DNA of 64,000 nucleotides from Anaerolineae bacterium (lineage in GTDB: Bacteria; Chloroflexota; Anaerolineae; UBA1429). Location of the stretch: positions 2,920,934 to 2,984,933 of the forward strand of contig OY776562.1 of the NCBI GenBank assembly GCA_963675785.1. The letters are read 5' to 3'. This document shows positions 9,909-19,732 of the stretch, piece after piece. The position numbers and the translations under genes were made by a program. Positions within the stretch are counted from its first letter, which is position 1. Every line of letters begins with the position of its first letter. A model generated the notes under the pieces. That model did not search any database, had not been told where the DNA came from, and saw only the letters and a program-made list of their open reading frames with translations.

Positions 9909-11207
9909 ATGAATATCTATCTAACTGCCCTTGGGTGTCGCCTCAATCAGGCGGAGACCGAGGATATGGCGCGCAAGCTCGAGACGCTCGGGCAAAATAT
10001 CGTGGATGATGCCCAGATGGCTGATCGCATCGTCGTGAATACTTGCACGGTTACTCATGTAGCCGATCGCAAGTCACGGCAGCTCATCAGGCGACTGCAT
10101 CGCCTCAACCCTGCGGCGGGCATTGCCGTCACTGGCTGCTACGCCGAGACCTCTCGTGAGGTCATTGACAAGTTGGATGGCGTTGACCTGGTGGTCAGTA
10201 ACGGCGATAAAGAACGAATTGTCGAGCTTTTGTTGCAGCACGAACAGGTTCCCTTGCCCGTCGCGATCGTTGCTTCTTCTGGTCCCCTTAAAAACGGCCA
10301 CACCCGGGCCTTTGTCAAGATTCAGGACGGCTGTGACAACGCCTGTAGCTATTGCATCGTCACAATGGCACGTGGTGCCCAAAAGAGCCTGGCGCCAGAG
10401 CGGGTTATTGAGAGAATCTGCCGCCGTATAGATGAAGGCTACCGCGAGGTTGTCCTTACTGGTGTACATATCGGTGCCTATGGGCGTGATAGCCACCCTG
10501 CTGGCGCACTGCCGCCAGAAAAGGGTTGGTCTCTGGCCCGGCTGGTTCAGCGTATTTTGGACGAGACAGATGTAGAGCGCCTCAGGCTCTCTTCGCTGGA
10601 ACCCTGGGATTTCTCGAACGAGCTCCTGACCTTGTGGCATGATGAGCGCCTTTGCAATCATTTGCATCTCCCCTTGCAGAGCGGCTCTGATGCGGTGCTC
10701 AAGGCCATGAACCGTGACTATACCACGGACTATTTCGCTCGCCTGGTTGAATCTTTGCGTGCCGCCATCCCTAATCTCTCACTGACGACGGATGTCATCG
10801 TTGGCTTTCCAGGAGAGACGGATGCCCTTTTTGAAGAATCCACTCGGTTCGTCGAAGCCATGGCCTTTGCCAAGTTGCATATTTTTCGCTATTCGCCAAG
10901 ACCAGGCACCTTGGCCGCTGAACTAGACGGGGCAGTACCTTCGCCTGTCATCGATGAGCGCGCCCGGCAACTTGCCGCTTTGTCTCGCAGGCTGGGATTG
11001 CGCTTTAACAGGCAATTCGTAGGCCAGCAGATGCAAGTGCTCTTTGAGCATTGCGCCGATGACTCGACCTGGGATGGCCTGTCTACCAATTATTGCCGGG
11101 TCAAGGTCAAGAGCGAACAGGCTTTGCGAAACCATTTGGGCCAAGTGCTCGTCGAACGGGCTGATTCAGCCAGCCTAACGGGCCGATTGATTATGGAGGA
11201 AGGCTAG
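9909..11207 (+). CDS. mtaB: Radical-SAM methylthiotransferase, MiaB-like (MtaB type)
   Basis: N-terminal MNIYLTALGCRLNQAETE, radical-SAM CDNACSYC motif and a C-terminal TRAM-like region. The ORF-track frame opens at 9834, but homologues start at the MNIY Met. Confidence 0.75.
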   Translation: MNIYLTALGCRLNQAETEDMARKLETLGQNIVDDAQMADRIVVNTCTVTHVADRKSRQLIRRLHRLNPAAGIAVTGCYAETSREVIDKLDGVDLVVSNGDKERIVELLLQHEQVPLPVAIVASSGPLKNGHTRAFVKIQDGCDNACSYCIVTMARGAQKSLAPERVIERICRRIDEGYREVVLTGVHIGAYGRDSHPAGALPPEKGWSLARLVQRILDETDVERLRLSSLEPWDFSNELLTLWHDERLCNHLHLPLQSGSDAVLKAMNRDYTTDYFARLVESLRAAIPNLSLTTDVIVGFPGETDALFEESTRFVEAMAFAKLHIFRYSPRPGTLAAELDGAVPSPVIDERARQLAALSRRLGLRFNRQFVGQQMQVLFEHCADDSTWDGLSTNYCRVKVKSEQALRNHLGQVLVERADSASLTGRLIMEEG

Positions 11208-11980
11208 TGCCTTGGTTAGATACAGCAGAGAGGGCCGCACGCGCGGCTGGTCAGGCCATCATGGCGCATTACCTTGGTCAACACCAGATCAAGGTCAAGG
11301 GGCTGAGAGATATTGCTACCGAAGCTGATCTGGCGGCTGAGGCTGCTGCATTGGCGGTGATACGGGCCGAATGCCCTCAGGGATTCATCGTTTCGGAAGA
11401 AAGCAACGGCGAATTTGTCGAGCATGCTGGGCAGATCACCTGGTTTGTGGACCCTCTGGATGGCACGACCAATTATGCCCGCGGTTTGCCCAGTTTTTGC
11501 GTCTCTGTGGCTGCCGTTCTCGATGGCCATCCGATTGCCGGTGTAGTCTATGATCCCCTTGATGACCAACTCTTTGGCGCTGAGTACGGGCAGGGGGCCT
11601 ACCTGGACGGCGTTCAGTTGCACGTGAGCGAACGCACGAACTTGGCCGAGAGCGTGGTGCTGGTTGATTGGCCCCGCGATCAGACGCTTCGCCAGCAATC
11701 CGGGCGTTTTTTGGCAAGGGTTGCGCCCCAAGTCGATACGGTGCGCAGCTTTGGGGCAGCGGCCAAAGCCTTTTGTTACGTGGCTGCGGGCTGGGCAGAT
11801 GTGTACCTGCAATTTACCTTGAGCCCTTGGGATGTGGCTGCGGGCATTCTCATTCTGGAAGAGGCTGGTGGGATGGTGACGGATTTGCGCGGCCTGCCCT
11901 ACGAGTTAAGCCAAAAGAGCTGGCTGGCCAGTAATGGGCTTTTGCACCAGCATATGGTGGCTATGAACCCTTATGCCTGA
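11207..11980 (+). CDS. Inositol monophosphatase family protein (SuhB-like)
   Basis: WFVDPLDGTTNY and WD.AAG motifs. The GTG start overlaps the mtaB stop. Confidence 0.85.
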   Translation: MPWLDTAERAARAAGQAIMAHYLGQHQIKVKGLRDIATEADLAAEAAALAVIRAECPQGFIVSEESNGEFVEHAGQITWFVDPLDGTTNYARGLPSFCVSVAAVLDGHPIAGVVYDPLDDQLFGAEYGQGAYLDGVQLHVSERTNLAESVVLVDWPRDQTLRQQSGRFLARVAPQVDTVRSFGAAAKAFCYVAAGWADVYLQFTLSPWDVAAGILILEEAGGMVTDLRGLPYELSQKSWLASNGLLHQHMVAMNPYA

Positions 11981-11986
11981 TTGAAT

Positions 11987-12017
11987 AAAAAAGAGGGGGC
12001 TCAAGCCCCCTCTTTTC
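11987..12017. terminator. Bidirectional rho-independent terminator between convergent genes
   Basis: AGAGGGGGC-tcaa-GCCCCCTCT stem flanked by an A-run on one side and a T-run on the other. Confidence 0.8.
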
Positions 12018-12020
12018 CCG

Positions 12021-13163
12021 TTACAGCGCAGCCTCTAGAATGGCCAACACATCGTCGTGGCCTAAAGGCCGTGGATTGTGTTTGAGAGAGCTAGAGGGCA
12101 ATGATTCGGCGATGATCTCTTTAAAAGCAGAGCGTTCTACGCCAAACTCGGCGAGATGCAGCGGGATGCCCACGTTTTCGATGATGCTTTTCACCTTGTC
12201 GACGGCCTCACGAGCGGCCTGAGCCTCATCCATTGGCGCCTCATTTGAAAGCATTCGGGTAACGGCTGCATACTTGGTTTGGGCATAGTCGATGTTGTAG
12301 GCCATAGTATATGGCAGCAACAACCCGCAGACCGTACCGTGGGGAATATGGTATCGTGCGCCAAGTGGATGGGCCATGCCGTGTACACCGCCCAATCGGG
12401 CACTGCCCATGGCCATGCCGGCCATCAGGCTGCCGTAAGCCATATCTTCACGGGCGGCTAGGTTGCTCCCATCCTGATAGGCGGCTTCCAATGAATTGCC
12501 GATGAGCTGGACAGCACGCCTGGCCAAGGCGTCGGTGATGGGCGAAGCGCCGATTGAGGTATAAGCCTCGATGGCTTGGCATAGGGCGTCACTGCCCGAG
12601 CTGGCTGTCACCTTGGGCGGCAACGACAGGGTCAATTCTGGATCGACGATGGCCGTCCGTGCATACCAACGGTCATCGCGAATACTTTGCTTGATGCCGG
12701 TGGCTGCATCGGTCAAAACGGCATTCTTGGTTACTTCAGCTCCTGTGCCAGAGGTAGTAGGGATGGCGATAAACGGCAGTCCGTTCGCCGTGATGGCTTT
12801 GCCTTGAAAGTAATCCCTCACCGATCCTTCCAGTCCCGCCAGGCCAGCGATGGCTTTGGCCGTATCCATGGGGCTGCCCCCACCCATGCCAATAACCATC
12901 TCGATGTGGTTTGCTGCGGCGAGTTCGAGCCCTCGTTCTACCATCTCTAGCTCGGGCTCGGCGGCAATACCCTCGTAAAGGGTAACTTGAACGCCGGCCT
13001 GGATTAGAATCTCTGTAGCGCGTTCGACATAACCGGCGCTTTTGGCGGATTTTCCGCCGCAGACTAGTAGGGCGCTCTGTCCCAAGGCCGCTGCCTCTTT
13101 GCCCAATTCGTTCAAGGCGCCACATGCGGCAATAATGTGCGTCGGCAGATAATAGGTATTCAA
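12021..13163 (-). CDS. Iron-containing (group III) alcohol dehydrogenase
   Basis: 380 aa with Fe-ADH motifs (GGGSPMDTAKA, the GVHGMAHPLG histidine cluster). Confidence 0.85.
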   Translation of the reverse strand: MNTYYLPTHIIAACGALNELGKEAAALGQSALLVCGGKSAKSAGYVERATEILIQAGVQVTLYEGIAAEPELEMVERGLELAAANHIEMVIGMGGGSPMDTAKAIAGLAGLEGSVRDYFQGKAITANGLPFIAIPTTSGTGAEVTKNAVLTDAATGIKQSIRDDRWYARTAIVDPELTLSLPPKVTASSGSDALCQAIEAYTSIGASPITDALARRAVQLIGNSLEAAYQDGSNLAAREDMAYGSLMAGMAMGSARLGGVHGMAHPLGARYHIPHGTVCGLLLPYTMAYNIDYAQTKYAAVTRMLSNEAPMDEAQAAREAVDKVKSIIENVGIPLHLAEFGVERSAFKEIIAESLPSSSLKHNPRPLGHDDVLAILEAAL

Positions 13164-13164
13164 T

Positions 13165-14373
13165 CTAGGCTCCTCTGGCTTTTTCGGGCTCTTCGATGTA
13201 ATCGATATCGATGGAGAACGGTTGCTGTCCCAGGAACTGTCCCATCAATCTGGCTTCTTCGGCAATCAGAGCCAGTTGGGTGGGCGTCATTACCTCAAAG
13301 GTGCGAATTACGACACGGTCATAACGATCTCGTTGCCACCAGATGCCCACCGCTCTCCCCTCATAGAGAACGACTCCCGTCGAATCGCCGGTCCAATCGT
13401 ACACGCGATCCAGATTGTCTCGGTCGATAAAGCGCGCGTTATCTCGATAGGCCATCATATAACTATCTCGTGGGGAAAGTAGATTGGTGATTTGCCTGGG
13501 TCGAGGCGGGTTGAGCAGCATGCCGATATCTTCAGTCAGAACATAGTATTCGCCAGGATAGTCTCGCAGTTCTAGTCGCGATACCTTTGTGCCAAGGCGA
13601 TACAGTGCTGAGACGATCTCGCCACGTCGTACGGCACCGATCCAATGGACGATATCGCCAACTGTAGCCGGGCCAAAGGCCCTGAGGTAGCGTAAAATTA
13701 TCGTGGCAATGGCTTCCTCAGATGAAATGGCATCCAAACTCACTGCTGGGAGCCAAGAGGACAAGGCCGCAAAGCGATAATGGTCACTGCGCCAGCTTCC
13801 CTGGATATCTGCTCGGACCAGAATGCCGCGGGCACACATGGCCGGTACCAGACGATCTCCTAACCTACTGGTGCCCAGCTCTTTCTTGCCGGGGGCATCG
13901 GGAATGCGCTTACCAAGTTCGGGAATGCGATCCATTAGTTCTTCGATGGTGCAAGCGCCGCGAGCACTCAACACGTCGAGCACGTGAGAGGCGAGCGTAG
14001 CAATGTGCGGCTCTTGGTCATCATTCGCACTGCCGAAGTTCTCTAGGTATTCATAGAGGTCGGTAGGAACAAGAGCTTCTCGCACATGGTGATAGGCGGC
14101 GTAATCCTCAGAGGGAATGATAAAGAGATCACTTTGCATTGCTGGGATGCGGACGAGTGTGCGGTCGGTGTGCAAAGCCTGGTCGAGCAAGATGGGCTTT
14201 TGGTTCCGCGCACGAGCCCATAACGAGAGGTGAGCTGTTACACCAGGGATGGCGCGTACAGGCCCGGCTTGTTTGCACAATTGAACAGCGCTACCGTAAT
14301 GATCTGTATGCAACAGTCCCTGTCTATAGAGGCTGAAAAAGGTTAGATTTTCTAGATTTACACGTAATGGCAT
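13165..14373 (-). CDS. Winged-helix DNA-binding domain protein, YcaQ/DUF1006-like (putative DNA glycosylase family)
   Basis: 402 aa. The N-terminal pattern L..RQGL......AV..L.GVQA-like and the overall size resemble the YcaQ family. This assignment is from memory only. Confidence 0.5.
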   Translation of the reverse strand: MPLRVNLENLTFFSLYRQGLLHTDHYGSAVQLCKQAGPVRAIPGVTAHLSLWARARNQKPILLDQALHTDRTLVRIPAMQSDLFIIPSEDYAAYHHVREALVPTDLYEYLENFGSANDDQEPHIATLASHVLDVLSARGACTIEELMDRIPELGKRIPDAPGKKELGTSRLGDRLVPAMCARGILVRADIQGSWRSDHYRFAALSSWLPAVSLDAISSEEAIATIILRYLRAFGPATVGDIVHWIGAVRRGEIVSALYRLGTKVSRLELRDYPGEYYVLTEDIGMLLNPPRPRQITNLLSPRDSYMMAYRDNARFIDRDNLDRVYDWTGDSTGVVLYEGRAVGIWWQRDRYDRVVIRTFEVMTPTQLALIAEEARLMGQFLGQQPFSIDIDYIEEPEKARGA

Positions 14374-14453
14374 GCGACTTTTCTGCTAAAACAGCATACC
14401 CTGATCTGCCATTCTGATTATAGCACATGCGCCAAGTTCCCTCCGCAGAGCAT

Positions 14454-14954
14454 TTATCGGAGAGAGAAATGCATCAAGCCAGTCTCATCTGAAGTATAGA
14501 GGCCGTATACAATTTCATCCTTTGAATTGGCGATGCGTGGTAGCAGTTCGGCTAGATTCTCTACTAGATCGTCGGTCGGCAAGTTCGTCAGGAGGTGCCA
14601 TTCCAGAGAGCCCTCATCGCTGGGAGTGATTTCTCCTGTAGCCTGGTTACCGACAAAGACATTGAGGACAACACCTGGGGCTTGGCCTTGTCCCTGAATA
14701 TGGATCAGAGCGGCCAAACGTGCATCTACGAGTTCAAGACCGGTTTCCTCGTGAAATTCGCGCAAGGCTGATTCACGAATATCCTCGCCGGCTTCGACAT
14801 GACCGCCGATGCCGTTCAGATGATTGGCCCACAGACGCTTGGTGGAGGCACCGCGTAAGAGCAATACATGATCTCGCTGGATCAAAAAGACAAGTGTGCA
14901 GGGGACGATGGTATAACGATGCGTGTCGATGGTGCCTTGTTCACTAAACTGCAT
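14454..14954 (-). CDS. NUDIX hydrolase
   Basis: Nudix box GIGGHVEAGEDIRESALREFHEETGL. Confidence 0.8.
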   Translation of the reverse strand: MQFSEQGTIDTHRYTIVPCTLVFLIQRDHVLLLRGASTKRLWANHLNGIGGHVEAGEDIRESALREFHEETGLELVDARLAALIHIQGQGQAPGVVLNVFVGNQATGEITPSDEGSLEWHLLTNLPTDDLVENLAELLPRIANSKDEIVYGLYTSDETGLMHFSLR

Positions 14955-15549
14955 GAATGCTCTTTTCCTTACCAGCGAAAGGTGCCTGTGAAAGAATCGT
15001 GTAAACAGGCCCCGAGGAAATGAGTACGCTACGATAGAGCGTCAACGAGTTGGCAACCCACCCCATCTGAGTGATACGTGTCTCTTGTAATGACGCACCA
15101 AGAGCTGCCAGAGTTTCATTGCGAGCGTCGCGCTTTGCCCTGCCAAGTGTCAAGTGGGGCTGAAAGGGGCGGCTCTCGGCAGCCAAGCCCAAGGCGATGG
15201 ATGCTCGTTCTATTTTTTCCGCCAGAAGCGACAATTGATTGTCGCTATCTCGCAGGCCGGCCCAGATAATACGCGGCTGGCGCGTATTGGGAAAGCAGCC
15301 CAGTTGGGCGAGCGATAATTCGAATGGGGTAATTTCTGCGCAACAGGTTGAGAGCACTTTGGCTAGATTGTCGATTCGGCTCTGCTCAACCTCTCCATAG
15401 AATTTGATGGTCAAGTGTATCTGCTCGGGGGCAGTCCAGCGGGTAGCTTTGCCTCCAGGGGCAGCAGCCAGTTTTTTCTGCATTGCAAAAAGGGCCTCGC
15501 GAATGTCTTGGGGCAGTTCGAGGGCTGCAAAAGTGCGCCAGGTCGTCAT
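14944..15549 (-). CDS. thpR: RNA 2',3'-cyclic phosphodiesterase (2H family, ThpR/LigT)
   Basis: Two H-x-T-x motifs (HLTIKF and HLTLGR) at the expected spacing. Confidence 0.8.
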   Translation of the reverse strand: MTTWRTFAALELPQDIREALFAMQKKLAAAPGGKATRWTAPEQIHLTIKFYGEVEQSRIDNLAKVLSTCCAEITPFELSLAQLGCFPNTRQPRIIWAGLRDSDNQLSLLAEKIERASIALGLAAESRPFQPHLTLGRAKRDARNETLAALGASLQETRITQMGWVANSLTLYRSVLISSGPVYTILSQAPFAGKEKSIHAV

Positions 15550-15550
15550 A

Positions 15551-16402
15551 TCAAGTTTCTTCTTCCAAGGGGATGTTCAATAATCGGGCGGCGTTTAGGC
15601 ACATAAAGGCATTCAGATCGGTTTCATCCAATCCAAGCCGCTGAACATGCTGAACAAAGCGCTCTTGGCCGATAAGCGGGTAATCTGTGCCAAAGAGCAA
15701 CCGTTCCCTGGCCAGTTCTAGGCCGATGCGAAAAGCGCGATCGTCATAGAGATAAAGCAAAGCAGCCGAATCATAATAGACATTCTGCAGAGCCGCCTGC
15801 ACTTCGGGCATCGTTTCATAATAAACAAGCCCCCCGCCCCAGTGAGCAAAGACCAAGCGAGCTTGGGGGTGGCGTTCGGCTAGCAACAGGGCAGCTTTGG
15901 GCCCAGGCCCAGATTTGCCAGCATAGTTGTGCCCGAAAAGTTCGTTGATATGAATCATGACAGGTTTGTTCAAGGCCTGCGCTGTGGCGATCAACAAATC
16001 CGTGGCTGGGTCATTCAAGCCAAAGCCTTGCCCGTGGGGCATAAGTTCACCAAAGCCCTGGGCTCCTCGCTCGGCCAGATGCCGCATCTCATCAACTAAA
16101 TTCTCATCCTTGGGCGAGACCAAGACAAAGGGCAACAGCTGGTCAGCACTCTCTGCGGCGTTTTCAAGTACATAGTCGTTGCAAACCTGGCGCAGGCTCA
16201 GATTGACAAAGGGGAACCCAAAGGTGATAGAGTGGGCGATGCCTGCCTGGGCCATAGAGGCCAGCAATTGCTCGGCATCCACCATCTTTGCCTTGGGCGA
16301 GCTGTACAGTTCGCCAAACCAGGGTTCGTCCTGGGCAATTTCCACTCGCTGAGAGATGATCTCGGGAGGAAAGATGTGCGTGTGCATGTCAATGATCTTC
16401 AT
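15551..16402 (-). CDS. Amidohydrolase-family metal-dependent hydrolase (TIM barrel)
   Basis: MKIIDMHTHIFPPE start and a C-terminal FGTDYP motif. Confidence 0.75.
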   Translation of the reverse strand: MKIIDMHTHIFPPEIISQRVEIAQDEPWFGELYSSPKAKMVDAEQLLASMAQAGIAHSITFGFPFVNLSLRQVCNDYVLENAAESADQLLPFVLVSPKDENLVDEMRHLAERGAQGFGELMPHGQGFGLNDPATDLLIATAQALNKPVMIHINELFGHNYAGKSGPGPKAALLLAERHPQARLVFAHWGGGLVYYETMPEVQAALQNVYYDSAALLYLYDDRAFRIGLELARERLLFGTDYPLIGQERFVQHVQRLGLDETDLNAFMCLNAARLLNIPLEEET

Positions 16403-16507
16403 ACTCCTATTCTGGCTGTCGCGTTCAGCGTGTCAAGATGTCGCGTGCAACGGTATCATTTGACACTCTTAATGCTTGATGTATACTGTGAAGCGTCGTT
16501 GGACTGG

Positions 16508-16580
16508 GGGGCTGTAGCTCAGCTGGGAGAGCGCATCAATCGCACTGATGAGGCCAGGGGTTCGAATCCCCTCAGCTCCA
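16508..16580 (+). tRNA. tRNA-Ala (anticodon CGC)
   Basis: Acceptor GGGGCTG/CAGCTCC with the G3:U70 alanine identity pair. Anticodon loop ATCGCAC. T-arm GGGGTTCGAATCCCC. Confidence 0.9.
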
Positions 16581-16606
16581 CTCGGTGGCCTGTAACAATA
16601 TAATAT

Positions 16607-16679
<73 letters not shown>

Positions 16680-16721
16680 CTCAACACCCCTTAACCCTGC
16701 CAGCACAGGGTAATAATTGGA

Positions 16722-16757
16722 CCCCTTCGTTGTGATGGCGAAGGGGAATTTTTGTTT
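16722..16757 (+). terminator. Rho-independent terminator after the tRNA-Ala pair
   Basis: CCCCTTCG-ttgtgatgg-CGAAGGGG stem followed by AATTTTTGTTTG. Confidence 0.75.
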
Positions 16758-16837
16758 GTATGTCCTAGTTTTCAATAGCAGCAGCGCTAGCTGCTCTAGG
16801 GATAGCGGCTATATCGAGTGCCTTAGGAGGTTGCACG

Positions 16838-19645
16838 ATGCAGGATAGGGAAAAGGCCCCGGAATATCGGGCCCAAGAGATCGAAGCCAAGTGGCAAAGG
16901 CGATGGGATGAATCCGGCCTATACAAGATGGTCGAGGATCCCAGTCGTCCCAAGCACTATGCGCTAACGATGCTACCCTATACCTCAGGTGATCTTCATA
17001 TTGGCCACTGGTACGCTATGTCGCCTTCGGATTCCAAGGCGCGCTATATGCGGATGAAGGGTTACAACGTCTTTTTCCCCATGGGCTTTGATGCCTTTGG
17101 CTTGCCCGCGGAAAATGCGGCCATCAAGCATGGCATCCATCCTCGTGAGTGGACCTTTAAGAACATCGAACACATGCGCCACCAACTTTGTAGTATGGGC
17201 GCTAGTTTCGCCTGGGATAACGAGGCTGTAACCTGCCTGCCTGGATTCTATAAATGGACGGAGTGGTTCTTTTTAAAGATGTACGAAATGGGCCTGGCTT
17301 ACCGCAAAAAGTCGCCTGTGGACTTTTGCCCAACCTGCAATACAACCCTGGCTCGTGAGCAGGTTTGGGGTGATGATCGCCATTGTGAGCGCTGCGGTAC
17401 GCCGGTGATCAAAAAAGACCTAGAGCAGTGGTTCTTCCGTATTACCGATTATGCAGACCAATTGCTCGAAGGGTTGGATCGCATTGATTGGCCAGAGCGC
17501 ATTAAGACGATGCAGCGCAACTGGATCGGTCGCAGTGAGGGCGCCCAGGTTACCTTTAAATCCGAGCAAGGCGACGATATCGTCGTCTTTACCACCCGTC
17601 CTGATACCTTGTGGGGGGCTACTTTTATGGTGCTGGCCCCCGAGCATCCTCTTGTCGATAAACTTGCCGCAGATGAGTGCATGGCTGATATCGAGGGATA
17701 CCGCAATCAGGCGGCGCGTCAGAGTGAGATTGAGCGCTTGGCGACTGATAAAGAAAAGACGGGGCTGTTTATTGGCGCTTATGCCGTAAACCCCGTCAAT
17801 GGCAAGCGTATCCCTATCTGGATCGCGGACTATGTCATGCTCACCTATGGAACGGGCGCCATTATGGCCGTGCCAGCTCATGACGAACGCGATTTTGCCT
17901 TTGCGGTTAAATTCGGTCTGCCCATTGTGCCCGTCATCGGCCGACTGGATCATATCTCCAAGAGCATGGTGCCTCAACCGGCCGCTGATGATGGGCTGGA
18001 AGCAGCGTTTACTGAGGCGGGTATACGCTTTGAGCTTGTAGATGGGGCTTACTGCATCACTTTGAAATCTCCAGAGCAGGTTTCGGCCTATGTGGCCACT
18101 GTTCAAGCGCATCTCAAATCGGGCGCCTGGGTGGATGTGGTTGGTGCTCAGTGGCTGACCGTATTTGCCGATGAAATTATCGTTTTTGATTCGGTGGAAA
18201 CGCAGTCGCGCATTCTGGCGCGGATCAAGGCTTTGTGCGATTGCCCCGAGGTCCAAGAGGCACGTACCTATATGGAGTTCCTGGATAGCGTCGAATGGTA
18301 TCAGGACGTGCTCTTCCATGCCGAATATGGCGAGATGATTCACTCGGCTGAATTCAGCGGCACGCCGGGCGATGTAGCCAAGGGCCAAGTCATTTCCTGG
18401 CTTTCGGAGAAGGGTATTGGCTGCGCCGAAGTGAATTACCGTCTGCGTGACTGGCTGATAAGCCGTCAGCGCTATTGGGGTGCGCCCATCCCCATGGTTT
18501 ATTGCGACGAGTGTGGCATTGTGCCGGTACCTTTTGAGGATTTGCCGGTATTGTTGCCTGATGATGCCGAGTTTATGCCCACGGGCGAATCGCCGCTCAA
18601 GTACCACAAGGCCTTTTATGAGACAACTTGCCCCAAGTGCGGCGGTCCGGCCAAGCGTGAGACGGATACCATGGATACGTTCATGTGTTCGTCGTGGTAT
18701 CAGTATGCCTACGTTAGCCCCTACTATGAGGGCGAGACGCCGATTGACCCGGCAAAGGGTGCTTACTGGCTCCCAGTAGATCAGTATACAGGTGGTGTGG
18801 AACATGCCACCATGCATCTAATGTATACACGCTTCTTTACCAAAGTGATGCACGATATGGGACTGGTGGATTTTGATGAACCCATGCTCAGGCTCTTTAC
18901 CCAGGGCATTATTCTGGGTGAAGACAATGAAAAGATGTCCAAGTCACGCGGCAACGTGGTCAACCCGGATGACTATGTGTCGACCGTTGGTGCTGACGCG
19001 GTGCGCGCGTTCATTATGTTCATTGGTCCCTGGGAGCTTGGCGGTAGTTGGGTATCGACAGGTATTGACGGCATTACGCGCTTTATGAATAGGGTGTGGA
19101 GTGTTGTTCTTGAACCGCGTGACGAACCCCAAAAGCCAGCTACAGCCAAAGAAATTGCTGATCTGCGCCGTTTGACGCACAAGACCATACACCGTGTAAC
19201 GGATGATATCGAGGTTTTCAAGTTCAACACCATGTTGGCTGCCTTGATGGAATTCAACAACTATTTGCTCAAAGCCAAGGATACGGACGTATATGGCACA
19301 GAGGCCTGGGCAGAGGCAGTTGAAAGCATGGTGTTGATGTGTGCACCTATCATGCCGCATATTACCGAAGAGCTCTGGGAACTGATGGGCAAACCCTATA
19401 GTGTGCATCAGCAAAGTTGGCCAGCGTGGAGCGAAGAACTGGCTGCTGACGACGTAGTAACCATCGTCATTCAGGTGAATGGCAAAGTCCGTGCGCGTCT
19501 TCAAGTTCCGGCAGACATTACAGATGAGGACGCCAACACCTTGGCGTTGGCCCAGGAAAACGTTCAACGTTACATTGAAGGCAAAAAGATCGTCAAGCAG
19601 GTCTATGTGCCGGGTCGGCTGGTGAATATTGTAGTGCGCGGCTAA
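16838..19645 (+). CDS. leuS: Leucyl-tRNA synthetase (long form, 935 aa)
   Basis: HIGH variant (DLHIGHWY), KMSKSRGN, CP1 editing domain (AHDERDFAFA) and Zn-finger cysteines. Confidence 0.95.
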   Translation: MQDREKAPEYRAQEIEAKWQRRWDESGLYKMVEDPSRPKHYALTMLPYTSGDLHIGHWYAMSPSDSKARYMRMKGYNVFFPMGFDAFGLPAENAAIKHGIHPREWTFKNIEHMRHQLCSMGASFAWDNEAVTCLPGFYKWTEWFFLKMYEMGLAYRKKSPVDFCPTCNTTLAREQVWGDDRHCERCGTPVIKKDLEQWFFRITDYADQLLEGLDRIDWPERIKTMQRNWIGRSEGAQVTFKSEQGDDIVVFTTRPDTLWGATFMVLAPEHPLVDKLAADECMADIEGYRNQAARQSEIERLATDKEKTGLFIGAYAVNPVNGKRIPIWIADYVMLTYGTGAIMAVPAHDERDFAFAVKFGLPIVPVIGRLDHISKSMVPQPAADDGLEAAFTEAGIRFELVDGAYCITLKSPEQVSAYVATVQAHLKSGAWVDVVGAQWLTVFADEIIVFDSVETQSRILARIKALCDCPEVQEARTYMEFLDSVEWYQDVLFHAEYGEMIHSAEFSGTPGDVAKGQVISWLSEKGIGCAEVNYRLRDWLISRQRYWGAPIPMVYCDECGIVPVPFEDLPVLLPDDAEFMPTGESPLKYHKAFYETTCPKCGGPAKRETDTMDTFMCSSWYQYAYVSPYYEGETPIDPAKGAYWLPVDQYTGGVEHATMHLMYTRFFTKVMHDMGLVDFDEPMLRLFTQGIILGEDNEKMSKSRGNVVNPDDYVSTVGADAVRAFIMFIGPWELGGSWVSTGIDGITRFMNRVWSVVLEPRDEPQKPATAKEIADLRRLTHKTIHRVTDDIEVFKFNTMLAALMEFNNYLLKAKDTDVYGTEAWAEAVESMVLMCAPIMPHITEELWELMGKPYSVHQQSWPAWSEELAADDVVTIVIQVNGKVRARLQVPADITDEDANTLALAQENVQRYIEGKKIVKQVYVPGRLVNIVVRG

Positions 19646-19663
19646 GGCATTAAGCGCTTGTCC

Positions 19664-19692
19664 TTGACACTGCTCTGACTGTTTTCTAGAAT
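19664..19692 (+). promoter_or_regulatory. Sigma70-type promoter for the lipoprotein gene
   Basis: TTGACA (19664..19669), 17-nt spacer, TAGAAT (19687..19692). Confidence 0.55.
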
Positions 19693-19732
19693 CGCGGTGC
19701 TTGCTTGCCGGTGCGCTTGAAGGAGTTGCCAC

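Noticed and set aside
16680-16837. Possible T-box leader upstream of leuS.
   Set aside because: Only a tRNA-operon terminator and a short spacer are present. There is no T-box consensus and no specifier-type Stem I.
17420-19732. Minus-strand ORFs of 465 aa and 262 aa antisense to leuS.
   Set aside because: Same reasoning as for ileS. The LeuRS frame on the plus strand explains the region, and the antisense translations are low-complexity with no RBS.
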